Below, one piece after another: positions 1 to 9,219 of a stretch of DNA of 40,659 bases. Each line of letters begins with the position of its first letter. Position 1 is the first letter of the stretch. The position numbers and the translations under genes are program-made. Location of the stretch: the IMG/VR virus record IMGVR_UViG_3300012171_000003, positions 1-40,659 of that record; one strand, given 5' to 3'. Under the pieces are notes generated by a model, which saw only the letters and a program-made list of their open reading frames with translations, was not told the origin of the DNA and ran no database searches. This DNA is from a virus (lineage: Duplodnaviria > Caudoviricetes).

Positions 1-123
1 CACCGTACTGATAGTCTCTTCTTACCTGTAACGCAGCGCCATTATCCATCTGATCCGCGATAGGCCAGATACACGGAATGTCATTTGTATCTGTCCATGC
101 TGCACTATCAGGATCACTTGTCC
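1..123. repeat. Terminal direct repeat, left copy (circular assembly overlap)
   Basis: Identical to 40537-40659; an ORF reads in frame across the junction, so this is an overlap of a circular or permuted genome. Confidence 0.95.
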
Positions 124-1066
124 CACTTCTATTTCTTGTCCCATACTGAAACTGCGCGAAGTTCATGGCAGTATTTGCTGCACTGCCTGGTGTTGTAAAT
201 AGGAGTAATACAATGCTTGTTGCTGTTAAAGGGAGAAGCGAAAGTCGGTATTTTGTACCAACACTTACTACGTATTCAGTGCTAAAAAGCCCATTCAATG
301 TACCAATGCTAGCACTTGCTACTATATTACCATCTTGTGTGGCACTTGTTAAAAGTGGTGTATTATTACCATCTTCGTATAGTGCCATTCTCCAATCACC
401 ACCAGCAGCTATAGAGGCCGTACATCCATAACCCATTATCCTAAAAGGTGCATCTGGCGTAAAAATCAGGCATACTTCATCTGGATTTGTGCCTGTGTTA
501 ATGGTCACAGAAGAACTAAAGAACGGGGTATAGCCAAACACATGATTAAATGTGCCATCGCTATATTCTAGCAACATAGCAGGTGGATTAGAAATAAGAT
601 TTGATCTTAGTGGCCCAACACTGTATGGCATTCTGCTTATGGCGGCGGATTGAGCGAACATAGAAAAGCCGAGCGCAATGCCCATATTGCCAAAACTGGC
701 TGCTGGATTCACAACCAAGGCTGCAACAACGTCACCAACTGCTACAGTTGCATCAGCAGTGAGCTGTGTCCGAAACCAGGTATTGTCATTTGCGTCTGCG
801 ACGTCAACAGAAGCATTTGTATTAGCTGCCCACAGCGTTCCAGTAGGCCGCCCATTTGCTGCATCTACTGTTTCAAGCCTGACATCGACATTATTTGCAC
901 CGCCAGTAGTTACGGTCAATGTCCTCCAGTGAATATATCGAATATTTCCGGCTTTTACTCTAAAAACTGCCCCTGCTACTTCACTGGCTGCATCAATAGT
1001 CAGTATACTATTTGAAAGTGCAGTAGTAAGTGGTATATAGGGGGCAAAAGGGCCAACATCTACCAT
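1..1066 (-). CDS. Origin-spanning 366-aa beta-rich virion/fibre-like protein, 5' part (continues at 40536-40502)
   Basis: Translated by hand from ATG at 1066 (MVDVGPFAPYIPLTTALSNSILTIDAASEVAGAVFRV...), open to base 1; starts 2 nt after the TGA of 1069..1335; T/G/A/S-rich; absent from ORF track. Confidence 0.85.
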   Translation of the reverse strand, partial: MVDVGPFAPYIPLTTALSNSILTIDAASEVAGAVFRVKAGNIRYIHWRTLTVTTGGANNVDVRLETVDAANGRPTGTLWAANTNASVDVADANDNTWFRTQLTADATVAVGDVVAALVVNPAASFGNMGIALGFSMFAQSAAISRMPYSVGPLRSNLISNPPAMLLEYSDGTFNHVFGYTPFFSSSVTINTGTNPDEVCLIFTPDAPFRIMGYGCTASIAAGGDWRMALYEDGNNTPLLTSATQDGNIVASASIGTLNGLFSTEYVVSVGTKYRLSLLPLTATSIVLLLFTTPGSAANTAMNFAQFQYGTRNRSGTSDPDSAAWTDTNDIPCIWPIADQMDNGAALQVRRDYQYG

Positions 1067-1068
1067 GC

Positions 1069-1335
1069 TCATATAATGGGCTCCACAACATCTGGCACAT
1101 CTCTTGCATTTCCTACCCGTGCAGTATAGAGCCTATGCCGTCGAGCATGGGGTGTCAGCGTAGACCATGCAAGCGTGAGCAGTGTAGCTACTGCCTCAGA
1201 CTGGGCCGGACCAAGGTCAGCATATGTTAAGGCCGCACCAAGAAAACTCTCATCAATTGCGTCTGGAGAGGCAAGGACATACTGACGGGTCACTTCAAGG
1301 ACATGTAACGCATACTCTGCTCTAAGCAACGCCAC
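1069..1335 (-). CDS. Hypothetical protein, 88 aa
   Basis: GAGGTGA RBS upstream; tightly packed between neighbours. Confidence 0.7.
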   Translation of the reverse strand: MALLRAEYALHVLEVTRQYVLASPDAIDESFLGAALTYADLGPAQSEAVATLLTLAWSTLTPHARRHRLYTARVGNARDVPDVVEPII

Positions 1336-1339
1336 ATTA

Positions 1340-1693
1340 TCACCTCACTTTATTAACCACATAAACATCACCATCGACACTAACACCTGCACCGCCTGCC
1401 ACAACTATCTTCACTCCTGTAAGCGCTGGGCCAATAGGCTTTGGCGTAGCGCTAATCGCTGTATAACTCATAGCGCTACCATAAGCATCATCACAGACAC
1501 CAAACACCCCAGCAGTTGTCCCTTGCACAGTAACAGTAGCTCCGCCTATAGTACCATACAACTGGACAGTTATATCTACCTGCAAACTTACAAATGTCAG
1601 AACAGAGCTTTCATCCCCTGTAGTAAGTCCAGTTACTTTATACAAATACCCTTCACCATTGAAGGTAGGTATTGTAAACGGTATAACTGCCAT
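1340..1693 (-). CDS. Small beta-rich structural-like protein, 117 aa
   Basis: GAGAGGGGG RBS; V/G/T-rich (VQLYGTIGGATVTVQGT), suggesting a small beta-sandwich virion protein. Confidence 0.7.
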   Translation of the reverse strand: MAVIPFTIPTFNGEGYLYKVTGLTTGDESSVLTFVSLQVDITVQLYGTIGGATVTVQGTTAGVFGVCDDAYGSAMSYTAISATPKPIGPALTGVKIVVAGGAGVSVDGDVYVVNKVR

Positions 1694-1695
1694 AA

Positions 1696-1851
1696 CTACC
1701 CCCTCTCTACAACACTTTTAGCAAACTTACCTTTGTTATCTCTTTGCAACTCATGACTTTAACCATCTACTGTGTATATAACTTTGTTCAAACTGTCATT
1801 CGCTGTGTTAATTGCCTCAACACGTACATCTACAGTTAGTATGACAGACAT
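1696..1851 (-). pseudogene. 51-codon ORF interrupted by an in-frame TAA at 1761-1759
   Basis: AAAGGA RBS; MSVILTVDVRVEAINTANDSLNKVIYTVDG*SHELQRDNKGKFAKSVVERG* fills the gap between neighbours. Confidence 0.5.
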
Positions 1852-1855
1852 ATAT

Positions 1856-2143
1856 CTATCCTTTCTTCACAAATCTACCATTATCACCTCTAACAGGTAT
1901 CTCTACACTCCGTCCTGTTGATACAGGCTGCATACCTGGTAAAGAATCATATATATCATACGTTACAGTTTCTTTTTTCTTACTATCAACAAAAGCAATG
2001 CTGAACATATACCCCGTCTCTGTAGGCTTAAGATCAACAATCGCTACTTGTTGCTTAAACATGTATTTATTGAAATACTGCTCAGCTATCTTAGCGATAA
2101 GTTCACTACTCAAGATAACTACGGTATCTGCCGCTTCAGCCAT
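1856..2143 (-). CDS. Hypothetical protein, ~95 aa, C-terminal RGDNGRFVK motif
   Basis: Likely start ATG 2143 (MAEAADTVV) after AAGGA; same frame as track ORF 1856..2191. Confidence 0.7.
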   Translation of the reverse strand: MAEAADTVVILSSELIAKIAEQYFNKYMFKQQVAIVDLKPTETGYMFSIAFVDSKKKETVTYDIYDSLPGMQPVSTGRSVEIPVRGDNGRFVKKG

Positions 2144-2144
2144 T

Positions 2145-2363
2145 TTATATATAATCCTTAATAATAAGAACAACAGGTATTTTGAATACACGCAATAGAG
2201 GCTCTTCTTGTACTATATTTACCCTCTGACCCTTTGTATCTCTCCACTTTCCCCAGTTTACGTCCCAGTTATCATTTTTAAGATAACGTCTTATAGCATT
2301 TCTTAGTGTACCTACAGTCTGTATACCTGTAACTTTTAGCTCAATCTCGTCTTGAATTACCAT
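2145..2363 (-). CDS. Hypothetical protein, 72 aa
   Basis: Packed in operon; purine-rich sequence upstream of ATG. Confidence 0.6.
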   Translation of the reverse strand: MVIQDEIELKVTGIQTVGTLRNAIRRYLKNDNWDVNWGKWRDTKGQRVNIVQEEPLLRVFKIPVVLIIKDYI

Positions 2364-2393
2364 ATCTTTCTTTCATATAAATAGCTAACAAAG

Positions 2394-2492
2394 CTTCACA
2401 CTAGCACAGTTGGCTGTGAGAGATGCACTTACCGATAATACCCGTTATCTTGATATTACTAGTTATTGCAACACTCCTGTGCTAGTGTGAAG
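2394..2492. repeat. 16-bp perfect inverted repeat CTTCACACTAGCACAG with 67-nt loop
   Basis: Arms at 2394-2409 and 2477-2492. Confidence 0.8.
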
Positions 2493-2831
2493 TTTGCTTA
2501 CTTCTAGCCAGTCTTTATAAAGACGTTGTATATTGTTACCGTAGACTTGTGTAAGCAACCAATGATAAAGCTGCGATTGCTGTACGGGTCTACCTTGAAT
2601 TGTGAATGCAGCTTGGATGAGATTAGTGAGGAATGAACTATCAAAGAATGTACTAAGTAATGTATCGGCTATCTTCTTTCTGAGACTATCTCTATTATTG
2701 ACGCCGTGCTGTGGTAGAAGGTGCCAGAAGCTATAGCCACCTGGATAATGCCGCAACATATCAATTATACAATCAGTTGCGGTATACGCGGATGAACGCA
2801 ACTTACAATTTTGATGATGTGCAACCCGCAT
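2463..2831 (-). CDS. Hypothetical protein, 122 aa (first gene of leftward operon)
   Basis: ORF lies ~40 nt downstream of a leftward sigma70-like promoter. Confidence 0.6.
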   Translation of the reverse strand: MRVAHHQNCKLRSSAYTATDCIIDMLRHYPGGYSFWHLLPQHGVNNRDSLRKKIADTLLSTFFDSSFLTNLIQAAFTIQGRPVQQSQLYHWLLTQVYGNNIQRLYKDWLEVSKLHTSTGVLQ

Positions 2832-2871
2832 ATCGCTTCAGCCTATGCAATATAGAGTAATACTAAACACT

Positions 2872-2900
2872 GTTATACACCTTTGCCTTAAACTATGCAA
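2872..2900 (-). promoter_or_regulatory. sigma70-like promoter, leftward
   Basis: TTGCAT-17 nt-TATAAC on - strand. Confidence 0.55.
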
Positions 2901-2951
2901 GCAAAATGTAATTCAGTACACACTGAACGGGTGCATATTAAAGTACATAAA

Positions 2952-2980
2952 TTGACAAAGTTATGGGATACATATAAACT
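2952..2980 (+). promoter_or_regulatory. sigma70-like promoter for terminase
   Basis: TTGACA-17 nt-TAAACT, followed by GAGGT RBS and ATG 3019. Confidence 0.7.
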
Positions 2981-3018
2981 GTATATATCTTACTTCTCTT
3001 CTAAGTATTGAGGTTGGC

Positions 3019-4626
3019 ATGACTAAAGTTGAACCGATACCCTTAATTGAATACTTCCCTGACTGTGTTCTACCTACGTGTAGCGCAGAGTTACAAGTAC
3101 ACCAACATATCTTACCTAGACAGCAAGAGATCATCGATGACGTATCAAAATACCTGTATTGTCAAGGCGGTGTTGGCTCAGCCAAGAGTCTTGCTTTTGC
3201 TGTCAAGTGTGTAAAGCTGTCTTTAGAAATACCTAAGAATAGTGGTATTGTTGGAAGGCGAGACTTCAAACTTCTCTATCGCTCAAGTTGGGCAGAGATA
3301 AAAGCCTGCATAAAGCGCCTTGTCTATCGAGGTTATCTTGATGAAGTATGGTATCTTAAGCATTGCTTCAGCAAGAAAGATCAAGGTGACTTCAGTATCA
3401 TAACTTTCCCTAATGAAAGTGAACTATTTGCAGTACAGACAAAGAACTTTTCAGAAAGTCTTGGTACTGGCTACGGTCTAGCTTGGATTGATGACGCAAT
3501 GGAGACTCCTGAAGAGTTTTTCATTGGTGATACTACAAGCGCTGGCTTGATTTCTCGCATTCGCTTACCGCATGTACATTACAATAAAGTGACCTATAAT
3601 AAAGAGACAAGACCACACGGATCACTACACTGTATGGTTTCATCAAATCCCCCTCCCTATGGTCACTGGCTGCATAAGCTCTTTGGTAATAAACCCGGCT
3701 TTTATAAAATAGGTGATGATTCTGTAACATGGATGCAAACTGTCACTAGTGATAACCCCTTTGTTGGTGCAGACTACGCTAAAGGTCTTATTGCGATACA
3801 GCATAAAATGGGTCATGCTGAAAATACAACTCGCCGTGTTATCTTCGGTGAAAGTATTCCTGCATATACAGGTGTACCTGTTTACCCGCAGTTTATTCAC
3901 AGTGTACATGTCGCTCCTTTACGGTTCAGGCCTGAACTACCCTTAATAAGATCGTGGGACTTTGGTCATGACCATCCTGCAGTTGTCTTTAGCAATATCT
4001 ACCGTTGTAAGTATAACACTAATCATTACTTCACCTTATCTGAGATAACTGACGCTTTCAATGTTACTGTTTACATGCTATACGATAAATACGTTAAACC
4101 TCACACTGATGCATTATATAGTAGCGCTTCTATTATCCGCGACGCTGGTGATCGTGCTGGTGATCGAAGTAGCTCATCTAACAGAGATCGACGTAGTGAT
4201 ATGAGAATACTCATAGCTGAATACCATATCCCCTTTCGATGGCGCTATATGAATCTGAAGCCATCTCTACAGTATATGCGTGGTTTACTGGAACCAAAGA
4301 CCGTATGTAAATGTGGTCTCCCTTTAATTCTTATAAGTAATAAATGTCCAACCCTTATTGGTGCTTTAGAGGGTGGTTACCATTTCTCTAAAGGGCGTAA
4401 CGGTATTGCTGGAGATAAACCAGTTGAGGATAAATACTTCGCCGATGTAGCCTGTGCATGGCGCTATGGAGCTGAGAACTATGTCAAGTGGGGTGTGGGT
4501 GATAACAGTAGCCAGAACGAGTCACAAAATGCGTCATCTTTTACAAGGTCTCAACATGTTGAAAAAAGTAACCTTACATGGCTGAACGATACTGACGCTG
4601 ACTTTATAAAGAGACTACAAGCGTAA
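3019..4626 (+). CDS. terL: Terminase large subunit
   Basis: Q-motif PRQQE, Walker A GGVGSAKS, Walker B-like AWIDDA, motif III SSNPP, TSDNP, RNase H-like nuclease SWDFG; followed by portal. Confidence 0.92.
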   Translation: MTKVEPIPLIEYFPDCVLPTCSAELQVHQHILPRQQEIIDDVSKYLYCQGGVGSAKSLAFAVKCVKLSLEIPKNSGIVGRRDFKLLYRSSWAEIKACIKRLVYRGYLDEVWYLKHCFSKKDQGDFSIITFPNESELFAVQTKNFSESLGTGYGLAWIDDAMETPEEFFIGDTTSAGLISRIRLPHVHYNKVTYNKETRPHGSLHCMVSSNPPPYGHWLHKLFGNKPGFYKIGDDSVTWMQTVTSDNPFVGADYAKGLIAIQHKMGHAENTTRRVIFGESIPAYTGVPVYPQFIHSVHVAPLRFRPELPLIRSWDFGHDHPAVVFSNIYRCKYNTNHYFTLSEITDAFNVTVYMLYDKYVKPHTDALYSSASIIRDAGDRAGDRSSSSNRDRRSDMRILIAEYHIPFRWRYMNLKPSLQYMRGLLEPKTVCKCGLPLILISNKCPTLIGALEGGYHFSKGRNGIAGDKPVEDKYFADVACAWRYGAENYVKWGVGDNSSQNESQNASSFTRSQHVEKSNLTWLNDTDADFIKRLQA

Positions 4627-4630
4627 AGTA

Positions 4631-4659
4631 TTGACAGGCTTACTTTTCTCCTTTATACT
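4631..4659 (+). promoter_or_regulatory. sigma70-like promoter for portal/capsid operon
   Basis: TTGACA-17 nt-TATACT. Confidence 0.75.
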
Positions 4660-4707
4660 GTGTATCTGTCTGATCACTTGTAATCTATATAGTACTGAAA
4701 GAACATC

Positions 4708-6567
4708 GTGCCTATAGTACAAGAGACGCAGCTCAAGTCTACCCTCCGACATGCTCTATGCGATCAAGCCGTTGCTATTCGTCAGCGTAAGATAACTGTA
4801 GAGCAGAAATGGCTACTCTCTCGCAGAACATGGATGGGTTTCTCTACCTCAAGTTATAAACCCCCTGATACAGCTATCGGCAACTACCGTATACCCGCAG
4901 CACGTAGAGTAGCTGAACGTACAATAGTACGGTGTGTAAAGATGTTAACACCATCAGTCAAATGGTTTGAAGTCGGCTCTATGAACGATGACAGCGATCA
5001 AGAAAGACTAAGCAATGTTGATAATTTCATGTGGTATATTATACGCAAAAAGATAAAGAGTCGTGCGATAATTAGTCAACTTGTACGTTGTATGCTTCTC
5101 TACGGTATGCCTATCTTAAAGACATCCATAACAATACAAAACGGTCAAGTATGGCCTACTCAAAGAGCTGTTGATCCTTTTGCTTTCTATATGTACCCTG
5201 AGACATCCTCTACTATAGATGACGCAGAGATTATCTTTGAAGACTTTCTTTTTAGCTATGAGCGCTATCGCACCTTTGTTAAAAAGGGACTTGTTGATGA
5301 CATACAGCGCAGTGAGTTAACAAAGCCAGACTGGCCTTATCATCTAACTGAGCGTTTAGCATACCAAGGTATAACTGATCCAACAGCAAATGTAGATGTT
5401 GCTATTGGTAATGTTAGTGAGCAGCTTCAGAGAACAACAAATGCCTTTGTAAGCATAACTGAAGAGTGGATACGCCGTGAAGGTCACTTATACCAAGTAT
5501 ATATAGCGTGGAATCTCGTAGAAGGTCCTCGTATTGTAGGCTTCTTTCAATCTCAATATGATGATCCGCTTTATCGTATAAGTATTCACCGTGCTTTACC
5601 TGGTGAGACTTACACGAATACACAAATGGAAGACCTTATTGAACTTGATAATGTCCAAACTGATATGTTCAATCAATTTGTTGACAGTGTAGACTATGAA
5701 CAAGGCTTTGTTGCCTTTGGTGGCAGTGAGGGCATGCGTAGAGATACAATGAAAATGAAAGGTCGAGCCAAGTGGGACTTTGGGCCTGAATCACCAAGGG
5801 AAGCATTGCAGTTTATACAACCGCCAGTTACATCTACTAATCAGTTAAGGGCATGGCAAGTAGTAAATGCAATGATGCAATCTATGGGTGGTGCTGGTAC
5901 TATTGCTGAGGGCCAGCCTGGACGTAACATGCCTCGCTCTGGTGATGCCTTCAGCTCAATGATTGCTCTAGGTATGGCAGATATTCAAGACCTTGCAGAG
6001 TCTATTGAACAGGAGGTATTAACACCGGGCTTAAGCGATATATATAAAGTCGCGAGTCTAATACCAGACGATCAACTGATGCGCATACCTAATGGTATGG
6101 CTGTCTATGGTCAAGACTTAAAGAGTAACGTTTTACGTAAGAAAGATATAATTGGTGACTTTGAATTTGAATGGATAGGCTCTTTACAGTTCCAAGATGA
6201 CGCTCAACGTGCTCAACGATTAATGATCTTCTTAAACATGGCACCTCAACTCATGCCCCCGCTTGAAGCTCAAGGCTATACGTTAAACATACCTGAGCTT
6301 GTACAGACTATCTGGCGTAGCGGTATTGGTGAGCGATCATTGAGCAAAGTTGTTATCACACTACAAGAAATGGCAGCAATACTACAAAAGCAGGCTGCTA
6401 AAAGCGGTCAGCCTATGATACTACCTGACATACAACAACTTATACAGCAAGTAAAGCAGGGTGCTTCACAGAATGGCTCAAGTGGTGGTACGTCTTCAAG
6501 TAATGGTAACGGTTTAGCTAGCTTGAAACCTAACCTACCAGATGTTACAAGTGGCTTTATAAAATAG
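4708..6567 (+). CDS. Portal protein (podovirus type)
   Basis: 619 aa directly after TerL; VDPFAFYMYP and LLYGMPILK segments typical of P22/N4-like portals; helical Q-rich C-terminus. Confidence 0.85.
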   Translation: MPIVQETQLKSTLRHALCDQAVAIRQRKITVEQKWLLSRRTWMGFSTSSYKPPDTAIGNYRIPAARRVAERTIVRCVKMLTPSVKWFEVGSMNDDSDQERLSNVDNFMWYIIRKKIKSRAIISQLVRCMLLYGMPILKTSITIQNGQVWPTQRAVDPFAFYMYPETSSTIDDAEIIFEDFLFSYERYRTFVKKGLVDDIQRSELTKPDWPYHLTERLAYQGITDPTANVDVAIGNVSEQLQRTTNAFVSITEEWIRREGHLYQVYIAWNLVEGPRIVGFFQSQYDDPLYRISIHRALPGETYTNTQMEDLIELDNVQTDMFNQFVDSVDYEQGFVAFGGSEGMRRDTMKMKGRAKWDFGPESPREALQFIQPPVTSTNQLRAWQVVNAMMQSMGGAGTIAEGQPGRNMPRSGDAFSSMIALGMADIQDLAESIEQEVLTPGLSDIYKVASLIPDDQLMRIPNGMAVYGQDLKSNVLRKKDIIGDFEFEWIGSLQFQDDAQRAQRLMIFLNMAPQLMPPLEAQGYTLNIPELVQTIWRSGIGERSLSKVVITLQEMAAILQKQAAKSGQPMILPDIQQLIQQVKQGASQNGSSGGTSSSNGNGLASLKPNLPDVTSGFIK

Positions 6568-6578
6568 AAAGGTAGAAG

Positions 6579-7034
6579 ATGCCTAGGTACTCAAATCTTA
6601 CAGTGCTCAGCACTACTGGTCAAGTCCTTTTCAACGTTGATGATACTGGCGCTAAAGACGGTACGGGACGTGTTTTTCAAGCATCTAAGTTTATATCTGA
6701 TCGTCTCTTTGCTACGCCTCTAGCATCGTATATATGGACATGCCTTGAGGGTGTCTGGCAAGTACAGGCTGCCTCAGCAATGGTAAGTGTAACTGGTGGT
6801 GCCTCAACGACTTGTAGCGTCCTTGTCTGTACAGCCGCTGAAGCTCCAGGTAGTGGTGTAGCACAGCTAACAGGGGCAATGGACATTGAAGCCACCGCAC
6901 CATTTCTTGTCAATGGTGTACTTATTGCCTCACCAACGCTTATTTTACCTGGTATGAGCGTAGCTAGGGTAATCGCAGGTACACCTGCTTCCCTTGAAGG
7001 TGCGTTAACTGTACAGTTAAAGCGTGTTCAGTAA
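6579..7034 (+). CDS. Putative head decoration/structural protein
   Basis: A/G/V/T-rich beta protein between portal and scaffold; AAAGGT RBS. Confidence 0.55.
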   Translation: MPRYSNLTVLSTTGQVLFNVDDTGAKDGTGRVFQASKFISDRLFATPLASYIWTCLEGVWQVQAASAMVSVTGGASTTCSVLVCTAAEAPGSGVAQLTGAMDIEATAPFLVNGVLIASPTLILPGMSVARVIAGTPASLEGALTVQLKRVQ

Positions 7035-7055
7035 AGCTATATAAAGGATAAAATA

Positions 7056-7609
7056 ATGGCTGAGTCATCTGAAGAGCTTGACCTTTCGAAGGTACAAGAC
7101 TTCATCAAAGGGCAGGTTGAAACCTACGCTAAGGATTTGTTTACTGAGCAACAACGTAATGTACAACAGTCTACTAATCAACCAACACAAGAACAGCAAG
7201 CACGTCAACAGTTACAAGACTTAATAACACCCTTTGTTAAGCCTGGTATGGATGCTGTTCAACTCGTAAGTGCTGATACAAGAGACTATGTTGACTTTTA
7301 TAGTGAGGACCGTGTAAAGGATGATAAAGACGCTGTAGAAAAGATGTTCAATGAACTCAAAGGTGCTGGACGTCCTATTCCCCGTAGGGATATCTACGAT
7401 TATCTTCAAGGCAAGCTACATCGTGAGAATCCAGAGGAGTTCGAGACGAAAGTGAAGGCACGTAAGCAAAAACAGCTTGAGGCTGTAAGTGGCAGTATCG
7501 ACTTTGGTGCAAGTGCTGCTGACAGAGCCAAGAATGACCCTATATGGAGCAACGTAAGAAATATGTCCGTTGACGACCTTGGGAAAGCGCTTGAGGGAGT
7601 AACATTCTA
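7056..7609 (+). CDS. Putative capsid scaffolding protein
   Basis: Acidic, helical, Q/E/K-rich 184 aa upstream of capsid gene; AAAGGA RBS; stop overlaps next ATG (TAATG). Confidence 0.65.
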
Positions 7610-7825
7610 ATGGCGGAGATGAACTCTACGTACCAACGAGTACTTCAGTACTTTACATGGTCACATTTACCAGAGAACTTACAGTCTGTAAGTGAACCTT
7701 GCTCTAGGCTTGCATATCTTATGGTGACTACTACTGATGGTACAACTAACCCCGCTGAAGTAACCGTAGGTCTACGTAAACTCCTAGAAGCAAAGGACTG
7801 CTTTGTAAGGGCAATGTTGAAGTGA
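7610..7825 (+). CDS. Conserved phage helical-hairpin protein (F..HLP..LQ.VS...LRKLLEAKDC.VRA), possibly Acb2/Tad1-like
   Basis: Motif recalled from a widespread small phage family; GAGGGAG RBS, TAATG coupling. Confidence 0.6.
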   Translation: MAEMNSTYQRVLQYFTWSHLPENLQSVSEPCSRLAYLMVTTTDGTTNPAEVTVGLRKLLEAKDCFVRAMLK

Positions 7826-7829
7826 AGGC

Positions 7830-7902
7830 TGTCTACTAAGTGTGTGTACTATAAGAGCTGGCTTCACACACAGGTCAGCTCTACTAATTGTCTACTAAGT
7901 GT
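7830..7902 (+). promoter_or_regulatory. 14-bp direct repeat flanking a hairpin upstream of the capsid gene
   Basis: TGTCTACTAAGTGT at 7830-7843 and 7889-7902; GAGCTGGCTT/AGGTCAGCTC stem between them. Confidence 0.6.
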
Positions 7903-7918
7903 TAAAGGAAAGTGAAAG

Positions 7919-9211
7919 ATGGCTGATGCATATACTACCTTTGCAATTATGGAAAATGATGCGCCTAATGTCTTCATAGCGATGAAGATGATAGACCTGC
8001 TAAATCGTATCCTTGTTATGGATAAGATTAGTGATAAATTCCCCCTTGAGACGGGTAACAGTAAAACCCTACGTGTAATAAGAGTAAAGAGACTGAGTCT
8101 GCCTAATGCTCCGCTCATTGAGGGTATCACTCCTTCTGTACTAAACCTTGAGCTGGAGAATGTCTTTGTAACAGTTGAGCAATGGGGTATCGTTGTTGCG
8201 CTTACAGATGTTGTCGAACTTACTGTTAAACACCCAATGCTTAACATTGCCATTGAGCGTGTATCAATGGCAATGAAAGAGACAAGCGAAAGAGAAGATG
8301 CAAATGTCTTAATGGCTGCAACTAATGTAACCTACCCAGGTACTGTTGCATCTCGCTCAAATTTAGTTGCTACAGATGTATTTAACACAGCTCTAGCTAT
8401 TGCTATAAATGCTAAGCTTGAGATGCGTGGCGCACCTAAGTACATGCCTGATGGTCAGTATATGGGTCTTTTCCAGCCACCACACAAAGCGGCTATCCTC
8501 GCTAGCGATCAGACCTTCTCACAAGCATCAAACTTCAGTCGTGTTGAGAAGCTTGAATACGGCTACGTTGGTCCATGGATGGGTATTGACTGGATGCTGG
8601 CTAACTTTCTACCAATGTTTGTTGGTGTAGCTACACCAACAACAGCAGCGACAACAGCAACAAAAGCTCAATACACTGTTGGTACGAGCGGTACACTGGC
8701 TACAGCTAACTATCAACTACAGGTAGTTGGTCGAGAAGTAACGACTGACTATGAGCGGCGTTTATCTGTACAGACGGGTAATATCGCTGTTACCTCTCCA
8801 GGGAGTGTAGCTGTAGTTATGCCTAGTTCTGTTAACTACGTATACGATGTGTACTTTACACTTGCAGCGGGTACTGTACCGTATCTTGTGGCCTCTCGAC
8901 AAGCTGCAGGTGCAACGTATACAATTACTACTGCGCCTGTTGGTACTGAGCATGTAGCTCCAGTAGCACCAGCGCTAGGTATAAGTGTATACCCAGGTTT
9001 TGTTGTCGCTAAGAGTGCCTTTGGTTGCTGTACACTTAACGGTATGTCTCTACAAGCCTTCACGACACCTAAAGGCGCAAGTGACAGTGATCCATTGGCA
9101 CAGCGCCGTAAGGTAGGTGCGAAGTACATGAGAAAGTGTTTTATTCTTGACAACAATTTCATTGAGCGCTTTGAAACAAGTAGTGCATTTGCTGCTACAA
9201 TACCAGCATAA
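7919..9211 (+). CDS. Major capsid protein, N4-gp56-like HK97 fold
   Basis: LIEGITP, VTVEQWGIVVALTD, SDSDPLAQRRKVGAK signature segments. Confidence 0.9.
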   Translation: MADAYTTFAIMENDAPNVFIAMKMIDLLNRILVMDKISDKFPLETGNSKTLRVIRVKRLSLPNAPLIEGITPSVLNLELENVFVTVEQWGIVVALTDVVELTVKHPMLNIAIERVSMAMKETSEREDANVLMAATNVTYPGTVASRSNLVATDVFNTALAIAINAKLEMRGAPKYMPDGQYMGLFQPPHKAAILASDQTFSQASNFSRVEKLEYGYVGPWMGIDWMLANFLPMFVGVATPTTAATTATKAQYTVGTSGTLATANYQLQVVGREVTTDYERRLSVQTGNIAVTSPGSVAVVMPSSVNYVYDVYFTLAAGTVPYLVASRQAAGATYTITTAPVGTEHVAPVAPALGISVYPGFVVAKSAFGCCTLNGMSLQAFTTPKGASDSDPLAQRRKVGAKYMRKCFILDNNFIERFETSSAFAATIPA

Positions 9212-9219
9212 GGTGATAT

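Noticed and set aside
165-1230. + strand ORFs in the track
   Set aside because: Antisense shadows of the 366-aa and 88-aa - strand genes
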